Positions 8,948 to 18,680 of a DNA stretch of 64,000 nucleotides are shown one piece after another. Numbering within the stretch: position 1 is the stretch's first letter; every line of letters begins with the position of its first letter. Where the stretch lies: NCBI GenBank assembly GCA_041659505.1, contig JBAZYF010000004.1, positions 14,922-78,921 of the forward strand, read 5' to 3'. The DNA is from Parcubacteria group bacterium. GTDB taxonomy: Bacteria; Patescibacteriota; Minisyncoccia; Moranbacterales; UBA2206. The notes beneath the pieces were generated by a model, which saw nothing but the letters and a program-made list of their open reading frames with translations, was not told the DNA's origin and made no database searches. The position numbers and the translations under genes are program-made.

Positions 8948-10708
8948 TTATTCTACTGCCAGTCCGGTCGGAGATGTTGGCGAAGTGGTATCGGCTTCGC
9001 CTCGGAGTGGATGAGGATAGGTGTATGGCGTGTAATAAACAGACCAGGCATTTCCATTCCATTTATAAAGCGTTCCTGAAATATCATCACTCCTATTTTC
9101 TGAACCGACGCCTTTGGCCCCAATCAGAGTTGAGACATTGGAACAAGATTGATTGGTGACCCAAAAACCAACTCCTACATTAGTTCCGCTGCCTGGATTG
9201 ATCGCGTTCATTTGCGCCAATGTCCCGCAACCTACACCAGATGTTCCGTCGAAACTACTGGTATAATTCCAATAATCAACATTTTGAGTGATCGTATACG
9301 GCGAACCGACTGAAGCATCACTACAAAAATCAAAACCTTTTGTCATCGGCATCAGGCTGCCGCCGGAATAATTGATCCAGGTATATGTATTTTGGACATG
9401 TTGAGAATAGTTTGATCCGTCATTTTGACCGGCAGGATCCTGGCAGGAATCGCAAGAATATTGATTATAGGTAATCGTCGGTTTGTAATATGAATCATTA
9501 TCGTTATAAAACATCAATAACCAACTGCCGCGATGTGCTATCCAATTTGAAAAAGCCGGAGCGTTGACTATTTTGTTTCCATATACTTCCAGCTTGATAT
9601 TGGACCATTCTTGGCAATTGATATAAGTTGGATCACACAAATCATGTCCCTCATAACCGCAATCCCAATCCCTGCCCACCCGGTAGGAATCTCCGGACGC
9701 ATTGGCTGAACCCATAGCGTTAAAATGCAAAGTGTCATTGGTATTGGTCGTGGTAGTAATAGATGTGATCAAATCATATTGCCCCTTAGTTGTGTTATAA
9801 ACCAACGTACCGACTTTTGCTCCCAGCGCAACAAAATTTTTGGCAGTATCAATCAAAGTAGTTGTTGATCCACCCGTAGCCGTTCCAGTCGTGACGAGTG
9901 ATGATTTCATCGATTGCAAGCCATGATTAACCCAAAGACCGGATAGAGTGGCATTGGTCAAATCTTCAGTATTGTACCGAAACACCAAACCAGGCGAACC
10001 TTGCCCGTCATCAAAAAGCCCTCCTTCCATGGTTGTGGTCAAACTGACTAAATTGTCCTCTACAAATAATCCTACGTCCGTTCCGTATTCTCTCGGAACA
10101 ATTCCCCATGAAATGCTGTCATTTCCGCTCGGCCTGACCAGATAATCAACATTTATGAAATGATTCAAATAAATTACACCGTAGACTGGGCCATCCACCA
10201 TTATCATCGTTCCGTTAACTCCGCTATTTTGCAATATATTATTATGAATTTTAATATTGGATATTGCGTTGCTATTGCTTGAATTTATTATCCGCAATGA
10301 GCCTTGAGCTTTATAGGTTGAATCGCCATCCAAAGTAAATCCACTAAACTCAAAGGTCGCATCTGAAGTAATAGAATCCAGGTCGGGATAGTATAAAATT
10401 TGTCCTCGGTCAGTCGCGCCAGCAGCAATGATTTTAGTTGTTCCGCCGATTCCGCCTTCCAGCGCTATGCCTTTGGTAATATTCAATAAATGGCCATAGC
10501 CGTCGGCTCCTGTTGTTTCCGTCGACCAAGTAGCTGTTCCGGCACAAACTTGAATTGTGTCTCCCTTGCTAGCCGCTGCCACGGCCGCAACAACTGCAGG
10601 TTGAGCAGGGCCAACACAAGCCGCCAAAGAATTCCCAGCCACCCCAAAAATACCGCCAAAGATTATTGCAAGAAAAATAATTTTTAATTTTAATTTGTCA
10701 TTTTGCAT
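8948..10708 (-). CDS. secreted beta-helix protein, paralog B1 (true start at internal MQNDKLKLK; the ORF track extends it to 10843)
   Basis: Signal peptide KLKIIFLAIIFGGIFGVA. AACVGPAQPAVVAAVAAASKGDTIQVCAG N-domain shared with B2. C-terminal YTPYTYPHPLRGEADTTSPTSPTGLAVE-stop. Confidence 0.75.
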   Translation of the reverse strand: MQNDKLKLKIIFLAIIFGGIFGVAGNSLAACVGPAQPAVVAAVAAASKGDTIQVCAGTATWSTETTGADGYGHLLNITKGIALEGGIGGTTKIIAAGATDRGQILYYPDLDSITSDATFEFSGFTLDGDSTYKAQGSLRIINSSNSNAISNIKIHNNILQNSGVNGTMIMVDGPVYGVIYLNHFINVDYLVRPSGNDSISWGIVPREYGTDVGLFVEDNLVSLTTTMEGGLFDDGQGSPGLVFRYNTEDLTNATLSGLWVNHGLQSMKSSLVTTGTATGGSTTTLIDTAKNFVALGAKVGTLVYNTTKGQYDLITSITTTTNTNDTLHFNAMGSANASGDSYRVGRDWDCGYEGHDLCDPTYINCQEWSNIKLEVYGNKIVNAPAFSNWIAHRGSWLLMFYNDNDSYYKPTITYNQYSCDSCQDPAGQNDGSNYSQHVQNTYTWINYSGGSLMPMTKGFDFCSDASVGSPYTITQNVDYWNYTSSFDGTSGVGCGTLAQMNAINPGSGTNVGVGFWVTNQSCSNVSTLIGAKGVGSENRSDDISGTLYKWNGNAWSVYYTPYTYPHPLRGEADTTSPTSPTGLAVE

Positions 10709-10725
10709 TTTTATTTTTACACTTT

Positions 10726-12264
10726 TTAATTTACCATGAGTCCTGTCGGAGAAGTCGGAGAAATAGTATCCTCTCCGCCTCTCAGTGGATGTGGGTAGGT
10801 ATATGGTTGATAATAGAGCGTCCAAGTATTCGGTGCTGTGCATTTATAAAATCTTCCGGCTTGTGTATATGTTTTCATATCACCCATTTCTTCAGGGACT
10901 TCAGAGCAAGGCGAGTAGGAAGTCTGCCAATAGCCGTCGCCAATTGCACAAGAACTTGTCGGGACAGCACTTCCACAATTGATCCCCTTTTGCACATTGC
11001 CATCTAAAGTATTGGGATTATAATTCCAATAATCCACATTTTCCGTAATAGCATATGGTGAACCGACTGCATAATGCGCGCAATTGTCTTCCGAGACATA
11101 GATCGGGCGATTAGTACCATTGCCCAAATTATTCCAGACATAAGTATTTTGGACATGCATCGAGTATCTAGTTCCAGTTCCATTCTGGCAACTATCGCAA
11201 GAATATTGATAAATATCAGGAAGTGGCATATGCCCCGTTCCTGTTACTACATTATTGAACATCAGCATCCAACTACCCCGCAAACGCATCCATTCTTGCG
11301 GCGTGCTATAAGGATTGTAAAGATTAGAATGGATATTCCCGTACCACTCTGTTTTTATCTGCGACCACTGCTCACAACTTCGTCTTTCTGGATAACAAGA
11401 ATTGGGAACATTAAAAGGCGCATAGCCACACTGCAAATTCACAAAGCTATCATTATCATCTGTTGTCATGCTTTGCAATCCATGCAAATCTTGCCACTGA
11501 TTTCCATCCAAAAGCACTTGTCCCAAATCATATGTGTTATAGCGAATAATCATACTTCCACCCTGTCCAGCTGAAAATGCACCAGCCGATGGAACCGTAG
11601 TTGCCGATATCACATTATCTTCAAAGAAAAAATTATTGCCCGTGCCATATTCCCGTTGCCCCAGATCCCAAGATTTTTCATTACGTCCCTCTTCCCGAAT
11701 GACCGTTTCGCATTCGATAAATGTGTTGGCATATGCCACGCCATAGACCGGTCCGTTCAAGTTGATTGTTTCCTGGCGTTCATTTTTGAAAATATTGTCA
11801 TGGATTTTTATATTCGACAACGGAGTTGTTCCCGAATTACTGACATCCAGCACTCCTTCGTAATAAGTTATGTTATTTGCATCAACAGTAAACCCACTAA
11901 ATTCAAATGGAGTGTCGTTGGAAATTGAAGTCGTGTCAGGTTCGTAAAGAATCGCTCCATATGGCGCAGCGCCAGCAAGAGTTATGCTTGTCGTTCCGCC
12001 TATGCCACCTTTCAAATTAATTCCCTTTTTCATACACAACGCTGTGTTACCAGCGCATCCTTGCACTCCGGCCGTCCAAGTTGCGCTTCCCGCACAAACT
12101 TCCACTGTATCTCCATAAGTTGCGGCGACCACAGCAGAAACCACAGCCTCCTGAGCCGGTCCCACGCAAGCCGCCCAAGATTTCTCCGCCATACCAAAAA
12201 TACCGCAAAAGATTATCGTGAGAAAAAATATTTTTAGTTTTAGGTTTTGGATTTTGAAATTCAT
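10726..12264 (-). CDS. secreted beta-helix protein, paralog B2
   Basis: Signal peptide MNFKIQNLKLKIFFLTIIFCGIFGMA. C-terminal YQPYTYPHPLRGGEDTISPTSPTGLMVN-stop. Confidence 0.75.
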   Translation of the reverse strand: MNFKIQNLKLKIFFLTIIFCGIFGMAEKSWAACVGPAQEAVVSAVVAATYGDTVEVCAGSATWTAGVQGCAGNTALCMKKGINLKGGIGGTTSITLAGAAPYGAILYEPDTTSISNDTPFEFSGFTVDANNITYYEGVLDVSNSGTTPLSNIKIHDNIFKNERQETINLNGPVYGVAYANTFIECETVIREEGRNEKSWDLGQREYGTGNNFFFEDNVISATTVPSAGAFSAGQGGSMIIRYNTYDLGQVLLDGNQWQDLHGLQSMTTDDNDSFVNLQCGYAPFNVPNSCYPERRSCEQWSQIKTEWYGNIHSNLYNPYSTPQEWMRLRGSWMLMFNNVVTGTGHMPLPDIYQYSCDSCQNGTGTRYSMHVQNTYVWNNLGNGTNRPIYVSEDNCAHYAVGSPYAITENVDYWNYNPNTLDGNVQKGINCGSAVPTSSCAIGDGYWQTSYSPCSEVPEEMGDMKTYTQAGRFYKCTAPNTWTLYYQPYTYPHPLRGGEDTISPTSPTGLMVN

Positions 12265-12297
12265 TTGGAATTTGTCCGCCAGCTGGCGGATTAAAAT

Positions 12298-13917
12298 TTA
12301 TTCCACTGCCAGCCCCGAAGGCACAGTAGGCGGCGTCGTGTCACTTTCTCCAGAAACATATTCATAGGCACCAATGTCCCAGAGACCAGAGGATGGACGA
12401 GCGACGCCGTTTTTGTCAAAACAAATCTCCGGTGTTTCTGAGCACAATGCAGTCAGATTAAACCCGGCGCTGATGGCAGCTGATCCGACGCCCAACGTAC
12501 CGTTCGCTTGAAGGTTGAGAGCGGAAACTGTCGGCTGACTACCATGCTGGTCAAAACCACATTCTCCGGCCGGATAGACGCCGACCGTATTCCAGTTACT
12601 AAAGGAATAGATGGCGCCGGTTTGATTGGACCAGTTATCAGCGTCTCCGCAATAGAAATTATAGTCAATAGCAGACAAGTCCGGCCAAGGAATTTCCGAT
12701 CCATAAAGAGAAATGAAAGTGCCGGCATCATTTCTGATCAAATTGTTTTTGACAATTGTTGTCCCATCGGGATCAGTAAGACTAATTCCTATTCCACCAA
12801 CCCCATTGTCAATTATGGTATTATTGACCACCAAAAGATTAGTAAGCAGGTCATGATTCCAAGCGCCTGTAACGATCCTCCCATTGGCGGGATAATTTAT
12901 CGGGTCATAAGACGAGATGAAAAGATTGTTGAATATCTTATACCCGTCCATGATACACCCCTCTCCGCCATCAGGATTTAAGAATATGCCAAAGCTAGTT
13001 GTGTGGCTATCTACTGACGGATATTTGGAATAATAACCGTCAAAATAGTTGTCATAGATTTTGACATTAGACGATGTGCCGCTACAGAAGGCGTGGATTC
13101 CGTTGTGATGATAGAAATTGGACGGCTCGTCCCAATTATAGCAATCGCTCATTTCATTATCGTGGATCGAGCTGTTGCTAGAAGCTCCGATTTTGATGTG
13201 CCGATTGATATATTGGCTGTAATTGTTTTTCACCTCTGTTCCGCTGCCAGAAATATAAACCGCGCATTCAGCGTTTTTGATCGTGTTACTGTAAATCGTA
13301 TTATTATCCCCTGTCGTTACGATTCCTGTCGCCGTATAAAAATCTCCGTCATCAGTATTGGCAATATGTATCTGAAGATTTTCGATGTCCATTTTAGTAA
13401 CGCTGCAGTGGGAGCCAGCTACATTAATACCTGTACCTTCTGATTGGTAGGCGCAAGTCCCGCCAGGACAAGCTTGGCCAATGGTACCATCCAGAGTCGC
13501 GACGATTTTCCCGTTCGTACCGCCATCTACATTAACATAGTTGTGAGAAATATAAATTGCTCCCGTGGCATTTGGCCAAGCCGGAGAAGTCAAAACAGCA
13601 TCCGTTTCGAATTTGACCGTGATCGGTGCGCCGAATGAGCCATCGCCAGCCGAAGTGATCGCGTTAGTATTATAGGGCTCCGTTATGGTGCCGCATATGT
13701 GCAGTGTATTCCCAGCGATCCAATTGGAAGCATTATTAATACCATAATAAGAATCACCCAAGTCATAGGCATTGGCACAGTCTGTCCCATTCTCACTGCC
13801 TGCTGCCGATGAAGCAAAATAAACATCCGCCGCGAAAGACTCTCCTGCCATTCCAAAAACCCCGCAAAAAAGAATTGCAAGAAAAATAATTTTAAATTTT
13901 AATTTGTAATTTTGCAT
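12298..13917 (-). CDS. secreted beta-helix (PbH1-repeat) protein, paralog C1
   Basis: Signal peptide. NNTIYSNTIKNAECAVYISGSGTEVKNN and LVVNNTIIDNGVGGIGISLTD parallel-beta-helix repeats. C-terminal GAYEYVSGESDTTPPTVPSGLAVE-stop. Confidence 0.75.
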   Translation of the reverse strand: MQNYKLKFKIIFLAILFCGVFGMAGESFAADVYFASSAAGSENGTDCANAYDLGDSYYGINNASNWIAGNTLHICGTITEPYNTNAITSAGDGSFGAPITVKFETDAVLTSPAWPNATGAIYISHNYVNVDGGTNGKIVATLDGTIGQACPGGTCAYQSEGTGINVAGSHCSVTKMDIENLQIHIANTDDGDFYTATGIVTTGDNNTIYSNTIKNAECAVYISGSGTEVKNNYSQYINRHIKIGASSNSSIHDNEMSDCYNWDEPSNFYHHNGIHAFCSGTSSNVKIYDNYFDGYYSKYPSVDSHTTSFGIFLNPDGGEGCIMDGYKIFNNLFISSYDPINYPANGRIVTGAWNHDLLTNLLVVNNTIIDNGVGGIGISLTDPDGTTIVKNNLIRNDAGTFISLYGSEIPWPDLSAIDYNFYCGDADNWSNQTGAIYSFSNWNTVGVYPAGECGFDQHGSQPTVSALNLQANGTLGVGSAAISAGFNLTALCSETPEICFDKNGVARPSSGLWDIGAYEYVSGESDTTPPTVPSGLAVE

Positions 13918-13928
13918 TTTTACACTTT

Positions 13929-15431
13929 TTAATTTACCATAAGTCCGCTAGGAATATTTGGCGGAGTAATGTCAATTTCTCCTTGCAACGGATGTGGATA
14001 GGCGTAAGGAATATAATTCCAACTTGTTTTCGTTCCACAATCAATCGACGGATCGTGATAACAAAAATCTCTATCTTGAGCAAACCACGCACTGTCCCCT
14101 GCGATAGTCGCAGAATCATTACACGCGCCACCCGTCGCACAAGTTGCCGTAGTCCCATTATTATACCAATAGACTGGGGAGGGATATTGATTCCTTCCTC
14201 CAGCTCCATACTCCTGACCCCAGCCCGTCTGATCCCGACAAGGATAGCCATTTCCTCCACTGCTTCCATCTACATTATCCACAGTAGCAAGGCAAATTGC
14301 GCTCCCATCTGTACCGATAGGACAATCCGAATTACTCGTACAAGCTACTATGCACGATCCACTTGCACTTCCATAACAGTCTCCATCGCCTGAGCATACT
14401 GCATGGTTTCCACCGCTGCAATGCATAAAAGTAGGAGTATTACAAGCTCTTACTATTGCTCCTGTGCAAGCCGCACCCAAAAATCCAGACCCAACAGTTG
14501 CGCGCCAAACTTGGGCGAAACCCGGAGTCCAAAAATCGCCAGTAATCGTGTTGTCGTACACAATCGCACCCCCGCCCCGCAGAGCAACAGCTGTTAAATT
14601 ATTACAATTACCCCCGACACAATTTATTGTATTGTTGTAGACTTCTGTCATTCTTTGACCGCGCGCAGCAGGAGTGCTCCCCGTATCATGCATCTGGATA
14701 TCACCACCGTTAATAATATTATGCCTCACAACCAGCCTGACGCCATGCTCAGTGTCTGTCAGATCACCGTTAGCACCACCTGTCCAAGTGAAGGTCGAGT
14801 CTTCGATAAAAATAGCCCAATCAGTGCCATACTGATCTGCACTTTGCCAAGTAGAATTATTGCCAGCTATCTTAAGAAGCCTTGACCATTGATTGCTTAG
14901 AAGGGTGATATGATCAAACAACGCCTTTGGATGAGATGGGATGAGCCACCATGGATCAATCGTGAAAGCGTGTCCATTAATGTTGGTAAATTTTAGATGA
15001 TCCGCTCGAAGAGAATTCCAGATTGTGCTTTCATCCCCACTCAGGCGGATAAGTTGTTCTTCTAGCCCTCCACCGCCACCCACAGTTCCTGCAAACCCCA
15101 GATCGGTAATTCTAAAATTCGCCCCACTTGTAAGCGAAACGCTGAACAAGGTTGTATTATTAGCCGTCAAGGTTGTGGCATCGCTTCCATTGCCTTTTAT
15201 TGTTATCCCCTTTGTCACCGAGACATAAGACGACCATGTCGCCGATGTGCAGTTAAGATAGACCGTATCACCAGCAACAGCAGCATCAACAGCAGACTGA
15301 ACATTCGCTTGGGAACAGTTTGTCACATTAATTATCGTAGCTTGAGAATTTTCCACCAATCCAAAAATCCCGCCAAAGATAATTGCCAACAAAAATATTT
15401 TTAGTTTTAAATTGTCATTTCGCATTTTCAT
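13929..15431 (-). CDS. secreted beta-helix protein, paralog D
   Basis: Signal peptide MKMRNDNLKLKIFLLAIIFGGIFGLV. Cys/Gly-rich middle. C-terminal YIPYAYPHPLQGEIDITPPNIPSGLMVN-stop. Confidence 0.7.
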   Translation of the reverse strand: MKMRNDNLKLKIFLLAIIFGGIFGLVENSQATIINVTNCSQANVQSAVDAAVAGDTVYLNCTSATWSSYVSVTKGITIKGNGSDATTLTANNTTLFSVSLTSGANFRITDLGFAGTVGGGGGLEEQLIRLSGDESTIWNSLRADHLKFTNINGHAFTIDPWWLIPSHPKALFDHITLLSNQWSRLLKIAGNNSTWQSADQYGTDWAIFIEDSTFTWTGGANGDLTDTEHGVRLVVRHNIINGGDIQMHDTGSTPAARGQRMTEVYNNTINCVGGNCNNLTAVALRGGGAIVYDNTITGDFWTPGFAQVWRATVGSGFLGAACTGAIVRACNTPTFMHCSGGNHAVCSGDGDCYGSASGSCIVACTSNSDCPIGTDGSAICLATVDNVDGSSGGNGYPCRDQTGWGQEYGAGGRNQYPSPVYWYNNGTTATCATGGACNDSATIAGDSAWFAQDRDFCYHDPSIDCGTKTSWNYIPYAYPHPLQGEIDITPPNIPSGLMVN

Positions 15432-15442
15432 TTTTACACTTT

Positions 15443-16990
15443 TTAATCTACCATAAGTCCGCTCGGTGCTCCGGGCGCAGTCATATCACTTTCTCCAGAA
15501 ACATATTCATAGGCGCCAATGTCCCAGGCACTGCCTTGCGGACGAGGGACACCTAAATTGTCTGCTGTGAAATAGGAGGACAGGGAAACGCCGTGATCCT
15601 TAGCAACCACATCTGTTGCAGTCGACGCATAATTCGCATCCAGTGTTGGCTGACTGACTGTGCTGTGCGCATCAAAATTGTAGCCATGACTGGCGGTAGC
15701 TGCTTTCCAACCAGCAAAATCATATTGCGCCCAACTACCGTAAGAAAAAACTCCATCTCCGTAATATACATTATAATCACACTGCGCTACTGCATCATAA
15801 TCATAAGGTTCCACAACAAAGGAGGTGTTGTAAATCAGATTATTTTTAATAATATGCCCGATGTCCATCCCTCCACCCCAACCACCGACTTGCAATGACA
15901 ATCCCCCATCTAAGCCGATGAAAGTATTATTTGCCACAACGGCATAATTACTGCCCTTTAAATTCATCAATCCATTTCCGCAAGCACCATCAGGATCAAC
16001 TTCTTTGACTAAAACATTATTATAAATCTCGGGAGAATAAATATAGCCTTCCAGAAAAACCAATGCGGTTGAATTTGTTCCACACATTCCTGAAAAGTTA
16101 TTTGAATATATTTCCAATCCCTCTAGTCTCGATCCCTCATGCACCGCCCAAGCATGAATTAGGTTTGTGTGAATTTCCGGCGCACCGCTCCATTTGCGAC
16201 TTTTATGGAAAGTGTTGTCGTGAATTTGCACATCAGACATTGTTTCGTTGGTATTTTGCGAACCGACCGTCACACAACTGTGTCCGCAATCATCACAAAC
16301 ATTTCCGCTGATTTCTGCACCACTCGAACCGGCGCGATAGCCAATATACATTCCATTAGATGCGTCTTTCAAAATATTGTCCTGTAACGTTAGGTTGGTA
16401 GAAATTCCATCAAACCCGATGCCGATACAAATATTATTGGCATCCGTTCCTTCCACTCTTTCATACAACGGATAAACGGCTAAATTTTTAACTGTAACAT
16501 TCGAACCGTTATTGAAAAATACTCCGGCTATGTCGTACTGAAAAGTTCTGGCCGTCCCGTTGTCCGTTGCTTCAATAAGGCCGTTGGTTCCGCCATCAAT
16601 TGTGATGTAGGATTTGTTACTTCCATAAATCGCCGCATCCCCATTGCTTCCACTTTGGTACCAATGATTTTTGGACATTTTCGCGCCAGTTTCAAAGAAT
16701 ATGGTAATGGGACTCTCTGACGTTCCCGATCCTTGGATTGTGATTGGGGATGAAAAAGTTCCGCAAAGATGCGCGGTGTCTCCAGCACTGATTTTATTTG
16801 TGCCACTTCCCCAATTGCCAGAAGTGTTGAGCCATGAGACCGAATGCGCATTCACGCAATCCGCGCCAGTATCGGAGCCTGATACATTTTGAGCAATATA
16901 CAACTCTTCCGCGTGAGAATCCTCCATCAATCCAAAAATTCCGCAAAAAAGCACTACCAGAAAAAACATTTTTAGTTTTAGCTTTTGCAT
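15443..16990 (-). CDS. secreted beta-helix protein, paralog C2 (start at internal MQKLKLKMFF; the ORF track extends it to 17041)
   Basis: Signal peptide. Beta-helix rungs. C-terminal GAYEYVSGESDMTAPGAPSGLMVD-stop, pairing with C1. Confidence 0.75.
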   Translation of the reverse strand: MQKLKLKMFFLVVLFCGIFGLMEDSHAEELYIAQNVSGSDTGADCVNAHSVSWLNTSGNWGSGTNKISAGDTAHLCGTFSSPITIQGSGTSESPITIFFETGAKMSKNHWYQSGSNGDAAIYGSNKSYITIDGGTNGLIEATDNGTARTFQYDIAGVFFNNGSNVTVKNLAVYPLYERVEGTDANNICIGIGFDGISTNLTLQDNILKDASNGMYIGYRAGSSGAEISGNVCDDCGHSCVTVGSQNTNETMSDVQIHDNTFHKSRKWSGAPEIHTNLIHAWAVHEGSRLEGLEIYSNNFSGMCGTNSTALVFLEGYIYSPEIYNNVLVKEVDPDGACGNGLMNLKGSNYAVVANNTFIGLDGGLSLQVGGWGGGMDIGHIIKNNLIYNTSFVVEPYDYDAVAQCDYNVYYGDGVFSYGSWAQYDFAGWKAATASHGYNFDAHSTVSQPTLDANYASTATDVVAKDHGVSLSSYFTADNLGVPRPQGSAWDIGAYEYVSGESDMTAPGAPSGLMVD

Positions 16991-17057
16991 TTTATTAAAA
17001 AATAAATTGCTACCAGTGTTACTTACCTTGTTACGTAACAAGGTACTTACTCCAGTT

Positions 17058-18566
17058 TTAATCTACGCTCAATCCGCTCGGTGAAACTGGCGGAGTGATA
17101 TCAGTTTCTCCTTGTAATGGATGCGGATAAATATATGGGGTGTAATCAACGTAAGCGTTATCGCCCGTAGCCGAAAAAATCATATCACCTGCGTTAGGAT
17201 AGACACTATCATCGGTCGGATAACTAGCTGATGCGCCATTTTGCCCAATGAATGTTTCCTTACCGTGAGTGCAAACATTTCCATGTCCATCAGTCGTGTC
17301 TCCTGCTGCGCAGGGAGCGTGGAGGAAATAGTCGCGATCCTGGCGCAGAAACGGGTTGGATGTCGTGACAAGTTCATCACCACAAGTACCAGTTCCACTT
17401 CCCGTGCAACAAGCCATCGGAACACCATTGCCGGTACAGTCATAGTTGGTCGGGTATGTCCCGATAGAGCCAACCAGGCCATCATTAAAATCATGCCCGG
17501 CATAAATATTATCCCAAACAAAAGTGTTATGCACCTGATCTTCTGCTGGCCAAGCAGTTCGATGTATTGACCAATTATCACTAATATATTCTTCTTCGGA
17601 AAAATATATCCGCGGATTATTACTTACTATACTTGAAATGGAGTTATTATAAACTAAATTTGCTGAACCACGGGAGATAAACATAAAATCGATCCGTTTT
17701 CCATGTTCGATATTATTATAAAACTCAATGACAGATTGGCCTCTTCGCTGGCAAGAACTGGCTTCCCAATAGCCTGCTCCACCACAACCACCATCCGCGC
17801 TTCCGTGCGCCATGAAAGGCGTGCAAGTTTCCAGGCCATCCGGCACATTATCACAATCAAACTCATTATACCTTACAACTAATTTTCCACCATTATTTGT
17901 GCCGATTTGTTCTTGAGTATACCCCAGAGTATAATTTGCATCAGAAACAAAATGATTGTCTTCGATAAAAATTGCGTCCACAGTGCCAGCTGCCAGCGAA
18001 ACCCAAGCGGCATCTGCATTGGTTCTACTACCGGCGCTTATCACAACTCCTTGGATTGAATTATGAAAGTAGTTATGATCAATTAGGCCTTTTATATGAT
18101 CAAACACTATGGCCTTGTTCCCATAGTAAAAAGTATTATTGTCGATTCTAATATTTCCCCCATCTACTCCGCCCTGCATATCGTGCACATATACAGCGGT
18201 GGCAGGAGTCCAATCCATCATTTGAAAAGTAAAGCCACTGACACGAACAAGGCTACTGGCGGTAAAACCGGTAATGTTGAAAAAGCCATTACTCATAGCG
18301 CCGTCAGAGATTAAATTCGTATTGTTACCTGAAATTGTCAAAGCCTTGCTGACCGTAAACGCTGATGACCAAGTACACACCGTAAATGCAGGAAAAACAA
18401 TCGTGTCTCCACTCGAAGCAGCATCGTAGGCTGACTGGGCGTTTTCCAATGAGCAGTCCCCGTCACCATAATCCGCAATATTTATAGTTGCCGCAAAAGA
18501 ATTTTTTACTAATCCGAAAACCCCGTAGAAAAAAATTATGAGAAAAAAGATTTTTAGTTTTTGCAT
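17058..18566 (-). CDS. secreted beta-helix protein, paralog A2
   Basis: Signal peptide MQKLKIFFLIIFFYGVFGLV. C-terminal YTPYIYPHPLQGETDITPPVSPSGLSVD-stop. Close paralog of A1. Confidence 0.75.
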   Translation of the reverse strand: MQKLKIFFLIIFFYGVFGLVKNSFAATINIADYGDGDCSLENAQSAYDAASSGDTIVFPAFTVCTWSSAFTVSKALTISGNNTNLISDGAMSNGFFNITGFTASSLVRVSGFTFQMMDWTPATAVYVHDMQGGVDGGNIRIDNNTFYYGNKAIVFDHIKGLIDHNYFHNSIQGVVISAGSRTNADAAWVSLAAGTVDAIFIEDNHFVSDANYTLGYTQEQIGTNNGGKLVVRYNEFDCDNVPDGLETCTPFMAHGSADGGCGGAGYWEASSCQRRGQSVIEFYNNIEHGKRIDFMFISRGSANLVYNNSISSIVSNNPRIYFSEEEYISDNWSIHRTAWPAEDQVHNTFVWDNIYAGHDFNDGLVGSIGTYPTNYDCTGNGVPMACCTGSGTGTCGDELVTTSNPFLRQDRDYFLHAPCAAGDTTDGHGNVCTHGKETFIGQNGASASYPTDDSVYPNAGDMIFSATGDNAYVDYTPYIYPHPLQGETDITPPVSPSGLSVD

Positions 18567-18602
18567 TTTTTATACCTAAAAAACAGTTTATAAACTATCC
18601 TA

Positions 18603-18640
18603 ATTATAGCAAAAAATCACAAAAAAATAAACCTCGTTTT
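18603..18640 (-). promoter_or_regulatory. candidate promoter of the beta-helix array (-10 TATAAT in ...GCTATAATTAGG...) located after the rnc terminator
   Basis: Minus strand reads ctcgtGAAAacgag+T-run (rnc terminator), then ttgtgattttttgcTATAAT, then about 40 nt to the ATG of paralog A2. Confidence 0.4.
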
Positions 18641-18680
18641 CACGAGATTTAAATCAATAATCAAAATAGAAAAATGTTTC

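Noticed and set aside
8948-10843. Long 5' extensions of ORFs 8948..10843 (631 aa), 15443..17041 (532 aa), 20401..21246, 31095..31622 and 60862..62001 as real N-termini.
   Set aside because: In each case an internal Met begins a signal peptide or a conserved family N-terminus (MQNDKLKLK..., MQKLKLKMFF..., MQTKKILGLCG..., MNCPFC..., MRIVLTGGG...). The upstream extension overlaps the 3' end of the preceding gene.
3616-15228. Numerous plus-strand ORFs of 60-160 aa (for example 3803..4249, 12508..12981, 13983..14393, 21929..22210) overlapping the minus-strand genes.
   Set aside because: They lie antisense inside well-supported genes (SMC, beta-helix paralogs, ComEC), have low-complexity compositions and no recognizable motifs. 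They are typical spurious antisense ORFs.
17024-17045. The 22-bp palindrome TACCTTGTTACGTAACAAGGTA as a rho-independent terminator between array genes.
   Set aside because: No T-run follows on either strand. It is retained as a possible protein-binding or processing site instead.
7515-18566. Sortase/LPXTG, exosortase (PEP-CTERM) or rhombosortase (GlyGly-CTERM) sorting signal as explanation for the conserved C-terminal tail of the beta-helix proteins.
   Set aside because: Those signals require a hydrophobic TM segment and a basic tail after the motif. Here the proteins terminate immediately after G-L-x-V-[EDN], with no hydrophobic stretch.
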